From Diplonema japonicum (taxonomy: Eukaryota > Protista > Euglenozoa: Diplonemea), in contig OZ025749.1 of NCBI GenBank assembly GCA_964019335.1, positions 248,001 to 312,000 of the forward strand: a stretch of 64,000 bases of DNA, read 5' to 3'. The notes beneath the pieces are model-generated. The model was not told the origin of the DNA, made no database searches, and saw only the letters and a list, made by a program, of their open reading frames with translations. Made by a program: the position numbers and the translations under genes. Below are positions 10,458 to 21,072 of the stretch, in pieces. How positions within the stretch are numbered: position 1 is the stretch's first letter; each line of letters opens with the position of its first letter.

Positions 10458-11100
10458 GTTCTACTAAGTGTTGTGCTGTGCTTCGACGGTAGCTGTGCCC
10501 GGTGAATTTTGCACAATCTTGTAAGTTGAGCTGCGTCGCTTGGTGTCTGGGCAAGCTGTACAAGGTGTTGATGCCAATGATCTGCCTTCTCCGTGTTGTT
10601 TCAAGTCCCGTGAGCCAGAGGGGTCCATTTTTGTATGCAACCTTGTGCTCTTTTAGGCTTGCGATGTATGTTGTCATTGCTGCTGCGAGGTACCCTTCTA
10701 AAAAACAGTGGCCTTTTTTCGCCGTCCGGGTTTTGACATGGGAAAAAACAATTTTGTATGCAAGCTCATCATCAACCGTGGTTTCCGTGACGTCGCTAAA
10801 TTTCAGTTTGTGCGACTCTTTTGTCCTCATCCCGCTTGCAAACATGCAAGCTGCATATGCCTGACGCACTATGTTGTAGGGATCGCTGAATTTCATTGCC
10901 AGATACTCTTTCATTTGTTCCTGACTAAACACCGAAGCTTTTTTCACCTCATGGCCTTCTTCAAAGCGCTTCAAAAGAAGTGTAACCCTGGGAAAGCTCT
11001 GCATTTTTTTACCGAAGTTTCGTGTGAAAATAAAGCTGGGAGTGACATAAAGTAAAATCTTATTTTCACTCCCACCCTTGAAAACCCGGCTCGAGTTATA
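10458..11100 (-). mobile_element. Crypton-like tyrosine recombinase fragment, truncated before the catalytic Tyr
   Basis: KKASVFSQEQM; box I ASGMRTKE..L...D; HVKT; IGINTL; box II FTGHSYRRS. Reading runs into the duplicated host segment at 10457 and stops. Confidence 0.85.
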
Positions 11101-12545
11101 TAAAAAAAAAGCACATGGAAGCGTGCAAGGAGGCTCACAAGCAGTTCCGCCCCTTTGCGGTGGAAACGTTTGGGGGGCTGGCAGGGCAGGCCAGGGAGTT
11201 CTTGAAGGAGGTGGCATCTGAAGCAGCGAAGAGGACGCGACGACACAGGGTGGAGGTCTTCAACGACATGAAGGCTGCAGTGTCGGCGGCCGTGGTCGAG
11301 GGTGTGGCGAGGGCGGCCATTAGGAAGGGGAAGGTCCTGGTGGAGAAGATGGAACTGGACTCGGAAGCGGAGCAGCACTCCCAGGAGGAGAGGAGGGAGC
11401 GGGAGGATCAGGAGGCGATGGAACGGGAAGCTGCGGCTACAGGAACGGAGGAGGAGGTAGCTGAGGCGGCGTTCTACCTGACAGGGATGGCTGCTCTGGC
11501 CGCGGCGAAGGCGGCGGAGAACAAGTTCCAGGAGGAGGCAGAGAGGAGGACCGCGAACCTGGCGGCCGCGGCGGTGGTAGCAGCAGCGTCAGCGGCAGCA
11601 AAAGCAGCGGCGGAGCGGGTGGACGCGGAGATGGGAGAGGAGGAGACAGGGAGCGGCACAATCCAAAACACAGAAGCTGGCCCTGTGAGGAGCGGAGGAA
11701 GGAGGGCCGGAACCAGGGGGCGGTGGATGGCACAGAAAACAATCAAACAGCTACCAACGCACCGAGGGGAAGGACCAGCAGGAGGCAGAGACTACGACAG
11801 GCACAATCCAAACACACAGCCGACGGGGTCGAAGCCGAGGGCATGGAGGACGCACAGGGAAGCCAAGCCATTCTTCCGGAGATGGAGTTGCGTGACCCGA
11901 AGGGCCGTACATCATCGCGCCACGCACCACGGGATGTGGTCGCGGAAGGGGAGACCAGTTCGACGCACAGGAGTGGCTCCAGAGGGTGAAACAAGTGATG
12001 GAGGAGTGCAGCGGGGAGGAGGGTGAAGAGTACTCCCAGCTGCTGCGCGACGAGTGCACCACGTCGAACGGGGGAGAGGGGAGGCTGTACGACCTTGTGG
12101 CGAGGATAGACAAGCACAGGAGGTCCGGCCCGGAGCAGGAGGGTGACTTACTTCCCCACGGGGGCGGAAGAGGGGGTGAGCTACACCCTCAGTACCCAGC
12201 CCGACGTGGATCCCGAGGTGTTCAGGTGGAGGATAGTCGCGAGCAACATGGCGAACGGCACCGAAGGGAACCTGCACCTGGTGAAAGTGCAAGAGGAGGG
12301 TGGGGAAGTGGTCCCCGTGGCGGAGTACCAGAGGGTCTTGGAGGCGCGGAAAAGACACAGGGATTTCGCGGCGGGGATGAGGCGGGTGAAACAGGAGGAA
12401 GGGGCAAACAAGAGGCAGAGGGAGGGGAGCGAGGGGACGATGGTGGGAATCCCGGACGGACAAGGGAAGTCGGTGGAGGTCCAAAAGTCCAGGAAACAGC
12501 TCGCCCCTGCGCGAGGGGTGGAGGCGCAGGAGGAGATGGACACTA
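11101..12545 (+). mobile_element. CRE/SLACS-like non-LTR retrotransposon fragment (end of REL endonuclease plus degenerate tail)
   Basis: KH...C......FRPFAVETFGGLAGQAREFL......A...VSAAV.EG matches the C-terminal part of the restriction-like endonuclease; GA-rich and frameshifted downstream. Confidence 0.7.
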
Positions 12546-14309
12546 AATTTTCAAAACTTCAAAAAAAGCTATTCTAGCGCAACGCCGGGGCTATATGCCC
12601 CCGAAAATGCCTCCAGATGTCCCAATTCTAGAGAGAGGGTGCCCACAGCAGGGCCCACCCCCACAACATTGTCAAAAATATCGTTCCTGAAGTGCTCGAG
12701 AGGGGGTACAAAAAACAAGTCAAAAAAAATCGACTGTAAAATTCTATAAAAAGCTATTTAAGGCCTTCTTGTCGCGGTTCGTACGTGCCCCAGGGCTGGG
12801 GGACTTCTTTTTTGACCCCGAGAGGGGTTTCTGGGGGGTATCCCCGGCAAGGTGGCAGTCTTTGAAGCACGGAGTCACGCAAAGTTGTACCAAGCAGGCT
12901 GAACACTGAAATAGGGGTCTTTTCGACTTGAAATGCTTGCACCGCACGTTGCACTACTTTTTCGGGGAAATGGTCCCAGAAGGTACTGTCACGGCGCATT
13001 GGGGTCTCAGAGCACTCGTTCTGTGTTTCGGGGCATGGTATTGGGGCAGCCTGCTCTGTAGTTGACTTTATCTGTTGTTTAGACTGCCTCCCTAGTAGCC
13101 CTTCGATGACTGCCTCTTTGAAAGGCGTCAATACACTGTCGTTCGTACTCAGGGTGTTGGGGGCAAGGCTTCTTTCCAAACAAGCCAAGCATTCGCCAGA
13201 GATTTACCTAACAAGTACGAAAATACTTTTAGGGGCCACTTTTAAGTCATAAGGGTGCGTTTATGGCGTTTTGTCACAGCATCACCCAGCGTCGGTTCCG
13301 CCCATTGCGGTGTTGTAAATATGCACTTGGTGGGGAACAAGATGTCCTTTCCGGCTTTCATTCTCTTTTGGCGGACGGTCAAATTTGACTTCACTGGAAC
13401 ATCCAACGTCGATAGAAAGCACACAGGCTTGATGTCATGCCACGTTGTGGTGCAAAGGATGCTCGCGTGCTGGTGGAACTGTGTCCCCACGGGATGCGCG
13501 TCCTTGGGCTTGCGGCCTCGCTTCTTTGGGGCATCCATGATCTCCGGGAGGCCTTCGCGATAGGTAGAAGTCAGCACGCTTGTTTGTTTCGCTGTGGAAA
13601 CACAGATTTCCCAGAATAGTCAAAAAGCGGTCTCTTGACATGACGGTAGCGTACCCAGGTGTAGTTGAGAAACGTGGAGCCAGTGCACCAGTAATCAGAA
13701 TAATCTGGCTTGATATCCAAGTCCATCGACAAAAGGACACCTAGGAAGGTACGCAGAGAAGCAGCATCGAGATCCAGGGAGACACCTTTTTTAGCCGCAT
13801 TTGCCACATTGTTCGAAGTTATGACCCGAATAAAGTTTGGACGAGCATTTGGGAGAATATATGGAATGGCGTTGAGCCTCTGATGTCAAAACAGGGTCCA
13901 CAAGGATTCCGATCTTCACGAAACCGGATGCCTTCCAACTGCTCCGGCTTTGCCGTCCAATCACCCTGCTGTGACTCGGAATCGGTCGAATTCGTGTCAG
14001 AATCACTGTTTGTATCAAAATTGCATAATAGGGATGAGCCATCAGTGCTGCCATCACTCATAACGTCCTCTTCCGGCCTCTTTCCGGGCGCCTTTTTTTG
14101 AAGTGATTTTTAAGGGTAAATTTGGGCTGGCGTTTTTTTTTATTTTTTCATTTTCTTGTTAAGTTAGGGCAGCATTTAGTTTATATTTTTCATATTTTCC
14201 GCGCAGGACCCCGCCGGCAAGAAAGGGCCGGGCCGTATTGCATTGAAAGCCCTTTGCGTAAAAGATTTTTTTTCAAATCGTCTATATATAGACGCTCGTT
14301 GATAGATGG
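12546..14309 (-). mobile_element. Degenerate piggyBac (one end intact, catalytic core partly deleted)
   Basis: TTAA at 14310-14313 followed by CC on the minus strand. Frameshifted motifs TPFHIF, LRTFLG, DYW, MSRDRF, WHD.KPV.FLST, YN..MGG.D, KW..K.F. C-terminal Cys ribbon C..C...LC..PCF..CH. Confidence 0.88.
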
Positions 14310-14462
14310 TTAAGTTTCTTTTTCTTATTTTTCTTTCTATTTTAAAATTATTAATCTTCCTAGTTTAAAAGTTTAAAAGAAAGAAAATGAAAAGATTGTT
14401 TGATATGGGTTCTAGGTTTTTTTAAAAAAAGAAAAGAACCTATTCCGAGGGTGTTTAGGAGG

Positions 14463-15024
14463 AAAAAAAAAAAAAAAAAACCTTTTTTTTACAGTATTTA
14501 TTTGCTTATTTTCTTGTTCAAGCGCTGGAGGAAAAAGAAAAAAAAAAAAAAAAAAAGACAACCCATTTCAAAAAAAAAAAAAAAAACAATGACCACTGAC
14601 CTCGACACGGTTAGAATCCAGACCCTTGACACGGATGAAGGGACCCCAGGGTCCAAGGTCCCCGACCAGCCCGGGATGGTGTACGGGTACCCTGGGGGGG
14701 AGCTGCTGGAGGAGAGGCCCCTTTACAACTGCGTGTATAATAACCCTGAGGACCCTAGGGCCTGTTTGTTTGCCTACTCCAATAACACCAGAAACGACTG
14801 CTGCCTGGGGCCTGTCTGTAACTTGGGACACCCGAGAGGAAGGATGTACCTCGGTGCAACTGTGGGAATTGCCTTGATCGTCGGCTTTATCTTTGGTTTC
14901 ACCTTCTTTTCAAAATAAGTTAAAAGAAAATTGAAAGTAGTGGGTTTGCATCACAGGTTGCAAACCCACTACTTCAATTTTCTTTTGCAATCAGAGTATT
15001 TTTTTTTCCCCTTTCCCTTTTCTT

Positions 15025-15056
<32 letters not shown>

Positions 15057-15175
15057 CCAGTCACTGGTTTTCCCATCTCTAGCCTTAATGATGAGGAAGT
15101 GTCTCTAAGATCCCGGTCAACAGTACCCACGCAGACAAATGTTTGGGTTTCTTGGTTTGTAGGCCAACCCGACCA

Positions 15176-15206
<31 letters not shown>

Positions 15207-15440
15207 CTGCGGGCGTAGAACTTTGCTGTGCGGGTTTTAATAGAGGCACGCAACCATTTTTTTTTTTTTTTTTAAATCTTTTTTTAATTCACCCCGTTTT
15301 TTTTTTCTCCACTTTTTTAGACTGTATTATGAGGGGAAGGAAAAAAAAAAAAAAAAAAGAAAAAAAGAAAAAAAAAACACAAAAAAATAAAAAAGAGGAA
15401 AAAGGATTTAGTCATCATATCTAAATGTCTTTTGTTCCCT
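14463..15440 (+). repeat. Segmental duplication, copy 2
   Basis: Matches 9162-10457 without the ~9700-10100 insert, plus a fold-back insertion at 14959-14986. Confidence 0.92.
14589..14918 (+). CDS. Small tail-anchored membrane protein, copy 2
   Basis: Same protein as 9311-9640; one synonymous change seen (ACC/ACT). Confidence 0.75.
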   Translation: MTTDLDTVRIQTLDTDEGTPGSKVPDQPGMVYGYPGGELLEERPLYNCVYNNPEDPRACLFAYSNNTRNDCCLGPVCNLGHPRGRMYLGATVGIALIVGFIFGFTFFSK

Positions 15441-15712
15441 TTTGTTCCTTCCCTCCTTTTCCTTACAATTGTTTAGTTCAAGGCAAAACAAAAAAAAAAA
15501 GGGAGGGGGAAAAACGCAGTTTTGTTTCAAAAGGTTTAAGGACCTTACCGTCCCCCCCCCTTTTTTTTATGAGAGCAACCAAAAAAAGAAAATCCCATAA
15601 TTAACACACTTCGATTTCTCTCCATTCTCTTGCTCTATTTATTAAGCAATGTCAAGCCCCCCCCCTATATTTTGTCCTTTTACCCATAAACCTTAAGAAG
15701 CGGTAGGGAACC

Positions 15713-15797
15713 ATGCTGAGTGATCCGATGGTTTTGGTGCCCAACTTGGATGAAGGTGCAAAAATAGTAGATGCGTGCAACAATGTATGGGGAAAGG

Positions 15798-15838
<41 letters not shown>

Positions 15839-16175
15839 CCTCCCCAGCAGGAATTTCTGCTGGACGCCACTGCACGCCACACCACTCTGAGCGGGGTCGG
15901 AGTGACACTACCGGCAGAGTTCAGCAGCAAATTGGACTTCGATGTGAACCAGCGGCGGCAGTTTGAAGGCCACCCCTTGACATCCCACGCAGCCGGCGGA
16001 CTGGAAGGTTTCGGCAAACGATTAACCAGGTATATATATCAAACCTCCTTTTTCACCTCCCTCCACAGAGTTTACACATCAATGGTAGCACTTAAAGTAG
16101 AACTGGGCTACGAGGGGTCTTTAATAGGACTATGGAACCAGGACGTTGTGTACGTACTGGGGGGTATATATTTTC

Positions 16176-16213
<38 letters not shown>

Positions 16214-17106
16214 AATTAAAAATAAAAGAGTTGTTGTGCTACGTCGATGATGTGATGGCTGTGCGCATCATGATGGCCTTCGAGGAGGTGTTCCTGTCGG
16301 AGGCGGTTTTTGAGGAAAACGTAGCCTGTTTGACAAAGGAGATGGACAAGGCGTGCCCAACACTGATGGCCCGGCTTCGAAGGGACGACTGCTGCGCACC
16401 AACAATGTTCGGTGTCTACCGATCCTGCTGCACGACCCTCCTTTGCAGGACATTTGGGGGTCGGCCCATCCTTCCACGGCTGTGGAGAGAATGCATATTT
16501 GCACACTCACTCAAACCCATCATCCACTTCCTCGTATTGGTCATCGCACGAAGCGAAACAAGCATTGTAGCCAATTACGACAGCGGCCGCGGTATAACAG
16601 ATCTCGTCACCTTGCTCAAACAAACCGTTGCCGGTCTCCCGGAATCGAAAATTGAAGATATGTTTCAAGATGTGAAGGAAACTCTTTTGAACGAACAGGG
16701 ACGCGACGCGGAAAGAAGAGAGGCAACGTCCTTCCTTGGAGGATGGATGGTGCTGAGCTCAACAGTGTGTATGGTGCTGAAATATTTTTATCCGATTGCC
16801 TACGGGCTCATTCCGTCATGGGCGGTGGAGCATGGATCGCCGCCACACCCCTTTTTTGTCCGGATAGGCCTCACGGTGGCGTGGTGGTTTATTTTTTACT
16901 CGTGCTGTTCTATCCTCTTCACCAGCTTTTCCGACACAGCCACCCCTGCCTCGCATCATGAGACAAGCGACACCGCTCCTGTGTTCTCTGCGATTATCTC
17001 AACCGTCGTGGTCTTGGTTCCCATTGTTCCCATTGTAACAATTTACCACGGTCAGTCAAGGGAGTTTCGTCCTCTTGAATCGGAGTCGCCGAGGAGCATA
17101 CCTTGA
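15713..17106 (+). CDS. Divergent TBC (Rab-GAP)-like protein with C-terminal TM helices; introns ~15785-15847, 16030-16068, 16164-16228
   Basis: Spliced ORF with LDFDV..R, W.QD..Y and TLL.RTF....LPRLW patterns resembling TBC; three hydrophobic helices at the end. Confidence 0.55.
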
Positions 17107-17110
17107 AGAG

Positions 17111-17158
<48 letters not shown>

Positions 17159-17796
17159 GATTAGATCAGTTCCCGGGTCTTTCATGGGAGGGGGGGTTAT
17201 TTTTTTTTTTTTAAAATAAATAAAAGTAATTTGGAAAAGAAAAAAAAATGATAATAAAGAGGGGAGTGGGGGTAGGGGGGGAGCATATGAGAGATGACCA
17301 TTCTTCGCCTTTCCTTCCGATTCAAATTGGTGCCGTTGTTTGTTCTTTTTTTTTTCCCCCTTTTTTTTTCTTCCGTTGGCAGCGCAGTCATTTTTTTTTT
17401 TTAAACAGATAACACATTGTAGTTATCAAAAAGAGAAAAAAAAAAAAAAGAAAAAGACGACAAAAATAAAAAGAATGTCCTGAGCGTCTAGGTATTCGAA
17501 GGAAAAAAAAAAAAAAATGAAGTTTGTAAACCAATGTGAAGAAACTTGCCTGAATTATTGTTAACAAAAGTACTGCTCAGTTTGTAAAGAGTCTGCCAAA
17601 AAAGAAAAAGAAAAAAAAAAAAAAAAAAAAAAAACCCTCCCCGATCTCCTTTTTTTTTTTGTTTCCCCCGTATTTATCTTCCTTTCAGCTATCTGCTTCA
17701 GCGCTTTTTTCCTTCTCTGTTCTCAGTCCCCCCCCCCCAGAAAAAGAAAAAAAGCAAAATAAACAGAAGAAACAGAAGAAAAAAACCACGAAAACG

Positions 17797-18810
17797 ATGC
17801 AAGCAACGATGGGAAAATTAAAAGGGCTGGAGACAGAGGTGATGACGGCCCACGAAACCTACCGAAGTCAGCTCAGCGAGATAAAGTCTAGGTACGAAGA
17901 CCTACTTAGACGTGAAGAAGACAAAGGGCGGCAAAGACTTGTGGAGAAGGAGAGAGAGCTCCGAAAAAGCGAGGCCGACGTCACAAGACTGGAGAAAACA
18001 GTGCGGCTGCTAGAAGGAAAGACTCACGAAAGATCAGCAGACTCACGAATTGTTCAAATCAGCGTTCTAGGCGGAGAAGAAAAACTAATGGCAACAGTGA
18101 AGCACCAGAAGAAGGTGATGCTCATGCAAGAAGCCACCATCAAAGACCTCAAAGAGAAGCTTCATGACGCAGAAGAACAATGCGAAGCACTTAAACACCA
18201 GCCTTCTATCGTAAGATCCGTCTCGCGGTCCAGATCACGGTCCATCAGCGAACCCCTTTACACCCCTTCAAGACAGCTTCAGAAAGGCTACCAAGCAAAA
18301 GTAGAAGCAACCCTTACTTCACTGTCTCCAGACAGCAGGGGCTCCCCGCCGCCGCGAGATGTCAAAGAACTTCGAAACGCAAAAAGAGCTGAAGCGAGAA
18401 TGGCGCCTGTGACAGGATACCCTCGAACCATTATAAAGGCAATGAATGATGCTGGGCAGGTTGAGTCTGATAAGCAGCAGCTCAAGCAGCAGCTTCAAAA
18501 AATGCAGTCCAGGAAGAATCTCGTTACCTTGCAGGCGCGTGTGGTGTTTATCTTCACCTCGTTTCTACAGGAGGGAGCTGTGAGGTGGTCTCACGACACC
18601 TTCTCTTCCTTCATCTCCACCCTCCACACCGCCACGCCCCCTCCTGATGCTGCAACATGGAGCAGGCTTTGTGCTTACCTCCGTGCCCCTCCTTCTGGCC
18701 TCGAGGCCACGCATCTCTTGAAACTCTATAGCACCCCCAACAAGGTGTTCCCGCTCGCTCTCGACAGTGAGAACGATTTTCTTCAATTGGTCGACCCCCA
18801 GCCGACTTGA
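17797..18810 (+). CDS. Coiled-coil hypothetical protein
   Basis: ATG 17797; heptad-rich N-terminal half; RS-rich linker. Confidence 0.75.
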   Translation: MQATMGKLKGLETEVMTAHETYRSQLSEIKSRYEDLLRREEDKGRQRLVEKERELRKSEADVTRLEKTVRLLEGKTHERSADSRIVQISVLGGEEKLMATVKHQKKVMLMQEATIKDLKEKLHDAEEQCEALKHQPSIVRSVSRSRSRSISEPLYTPSRQLQKGYQAKVEATLTSLSPDSRGSPPPRDVKELRNAKRAEARMAPVTGYPRTIIKAMNDAGQVESDKQQLKQQLQKMQSRKNLVTLQARVVFIFTSFLQEGAVRWSHDTFSSFISTLHTATPPPDAATWSRLCAYLRAPPSGLEATHLLKLYSTPNKVFPLALDSENDFLQLVDPQPT

Positions 18811-18945
18811 TCTCAATATAAAAAAAAAAAAAAAAAAAAAAAAAGTGTTTCTTTTTTTTTTTTTTTGTCTTTTTTTTCTTCTTTTCTTCTGGATTATTCA
18901 TACCAGGGCGTAGGGCAAAAAGAAGGGGGAAAAAAAAAAAGTTAA

Positions 18946-20094
18946 ATGTACCAGATCAGCACCCCGTTAGCACCGGCTGCCATCGGGCCTTACTGTCAGG
19001 CTGTTGCCAAGAGAGACACACTGTACGTAAGCGGGTGCATTGGACTTGATGCTAAAACAATGCAACTGGAAGCCGGTCTCGAGGCACAGACAGACAAAGC
19101 ACTGCACAACATGGTGGAGATCCTGAGGACAGGCGGCTCTTCGATTGATAAGGTGATGAAAGTGACGGTGTTCCTGACAGACATGGCACACTTCGCAAGG
19201 GCGAATGAGGTGTTCTCGAAATATTTCGGCGACCACAAGCCCGCCCGTGCGTGTGTTGCTGTGAAGCAGCTTCCTAAAAACGCTCTTTTCGAGCTGGATG
19301 CCATTGCTGAGATTGGTAGCAAGGCCGCGGGCACTGTGAGCACCCCCTTGGCACCGGCTGCCATCGGGCCTTACTGTCAGGCTGTTGCCAAAGATGCAGC
19401 TTTGTACGTAAGCGGGTGCATTGGACTTGATGCTAAAACAATGCAACTGGAAGCCGGTCTCGAGGCACAGACAGACAAAGCACTGCACAACATGGTGGAG
19501 ATCCTGAGGGCAGGCGGCTCTTCGATCGACAGGGTGATGAAGGTGACGGTGTTCCTGACAGACATGGCACACTTCGCAAGGGCGAATGAGGTTTTCTCGA
19601 AATATTTCGGCGACCACAAGCCCGCCCGTGCGTGTGTTGCTGTGAAGCAGCTTCCCAAAAACGCGCTCTTTGAACTGGATGCCATTGCTGAGATTGGTAG
19701 CAAGGCCGCGGGCACTGTGAGCACCCCCTTGGCACCGGCTGCCATCGGGCCTTACTGTCAGGCTGTTGCCAAGAGAGACACACTGTACGTAAGTGGGTGC
19801 ATTGGACTTGATGCTAAAACAATGCAGCTAGAAGCCGGTCTCGAGGCACAGACAGACAAAGCACTGCACAACATGGTGGAGATCCTGAGGGCAGGCGGCT
19901 CCTCGATTGATAAGGTGATGAAGGTGACGGTGTTCCTGACAGACATGGCACACTTCGCAAGGGCGAATGAGGTGTTCTCGAAATATTTCGGCGACCACAA
20001 GCCCGCCCGTGCGTGTGTTGCTGTGAAGCAGCTTCCTAAAAACGCTCTTTTCGAGCTGGATGCCATTGCATTGACGGGGCAGGGGAAACTTTGA
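18946..20094 (+). CDS. Triple-domain RidA (YjgF/YER057c/UK114) fusion protein
   Basis: Three 381-bp units, each with AIGPY.QA, YVSG.I, KVTVFL.DM..F...N, PAR, LPK...E.DAIA; ends GKL. Confidence 0.95.
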   Translation: MYQISTPLAPAAIGPYCQAVAKRDTLYVSGCIGLDAKTMQLEAGLEAQTDKALHNMVEILRTGGSSIDKVMKVTVFLTDMAHFARANEVFSKYFGDHKPARACVAVKQLPKNALFELDAIAEIGSKAAGTVSTPLAPAAIGPYCQAVAKDAALYVSGCIGLDAKTMQLEAGLEAQTDKALHNMVEILRAGGSSIDRVMKVTVFLTDMAHFARANEVFSKYFGDHKPARACVAVKQLPKNALFELDAIAEIGSKAAGTVSTPLAPAAIGPYCQAVAKRDTLYVSGCIGLDAKTMQLEAGLEAQTDKALHNMVEILRAGGSSIDKVMKVTVFLTDMAHFARANEVFSKYFGDHKPARACVAVKQLPKNALFELDAIALTGQGKL

Positions 20095-20632
20095 GAAAAT
20101 AGCGTTGTATCTGCAAGAAAAAAAGAGTAAACCAAAATGACCCTCATGTTTACACGAGAGTAGGGATTTAAAAAAAAAAAACGTTGGGGTTCACAGAGCG
20201 TGCCTTATATTTTCTTTTAATTGCTTTTGAGATTGTTTTTGTCGTGGGTGTCCCCCCCTTTCTTTCTTTCTTTCTTGCGTTTTTCCCTTTTTTCTTCTTT
20301 TTTACGAAACACAAATCCCTTCCCCTTTCTGAGACGATCGAGGGTGGTGTGCATAAGGAGTTGATGGGAACGTCCCCCCCCCCCCCCCCCCCCCCCCCCA
20401 CGGTCTTTCCGGCTAACACACAAAAAAGAAGAAAAAAGGGACGTAGCAGAACCTTCTTATTGTCACCCCCCAAAAAAAATGAAAAATAAAACATAAAATA
20501 TTACCCCCGTCTCCGTCCTCTTATCGAGCATTACCCATGGGTGTTGCTGCACATTTATTTTTATATATCCCCCCCCCCCCCTTTCTATGCACATGAAAAC
20601 ACAAGAAGAAGAGGGAGAAAAAAAAAATAACG

Positions 20633-21007
20633 ATGCAATTCGTGGCGACAGAAGCAGCTGCAAAAGCGGTGGGGCCGTATTCTCAGGCAGTGGTCCACAA
20701 TGGGGTGGTATATGTGAGCGGGTGCATTGGGTTGTGTCCGAAGGAGATGAAACTGGTATCTGGTGGGTCCATGGCTGAGGCCGCACAGGCCCTCAACAAC
20801 ATGGAGGCGATCCTTAAGGAGGCTGGGTCGAGCATGGCCAAGGTGATTAAAACCACGGTTTACCTTGCAAAGATGGCCGACTTCGCTGAGATCAACGGCC
20901 TGTACCAAGAGAGGTTTGGGGACCACAAGCCTGCCAGGGCGTGCCTCGCTGCCGCGGAGCTCCCGAAGGGGGCCCTGTTTGAGATCGACTGCATTGCTGC
21001 CTTATAG
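20633..21007 (+). CDS. ridA: Single-domain RidA-family enamine/imine deaminase
   Basis: GPYSQA, VSG.IG, KTTVYL..M.DF..IN..Y, PAR, ELPKGA.FEIDCIA. Confidence 0.93.
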   Translation: MQFVATEAAAKAVGPYSQAVVHNGVVYVSGCIGLCPKEMKLVSGGSMAEAAQALNNMEAILKEAGSSMAKVIKTTVYLAKMADFAEINGLYQERFGDHKPARACLAAAELPKGALFEIDCIAAL

Positions 21008-21032
21008 TGAAGGAGGGGAAAAAAAAAGAAGG

Positions 21033-21072
<40 letters not shown>

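Noticed and set aside
9162-15440. LTR or DIRS retrotransposon with long direct repeats
   Set aside because: The repeats contain a host-like gene, and there are no TG..CA ends, PBS, gag, RT or RNase H
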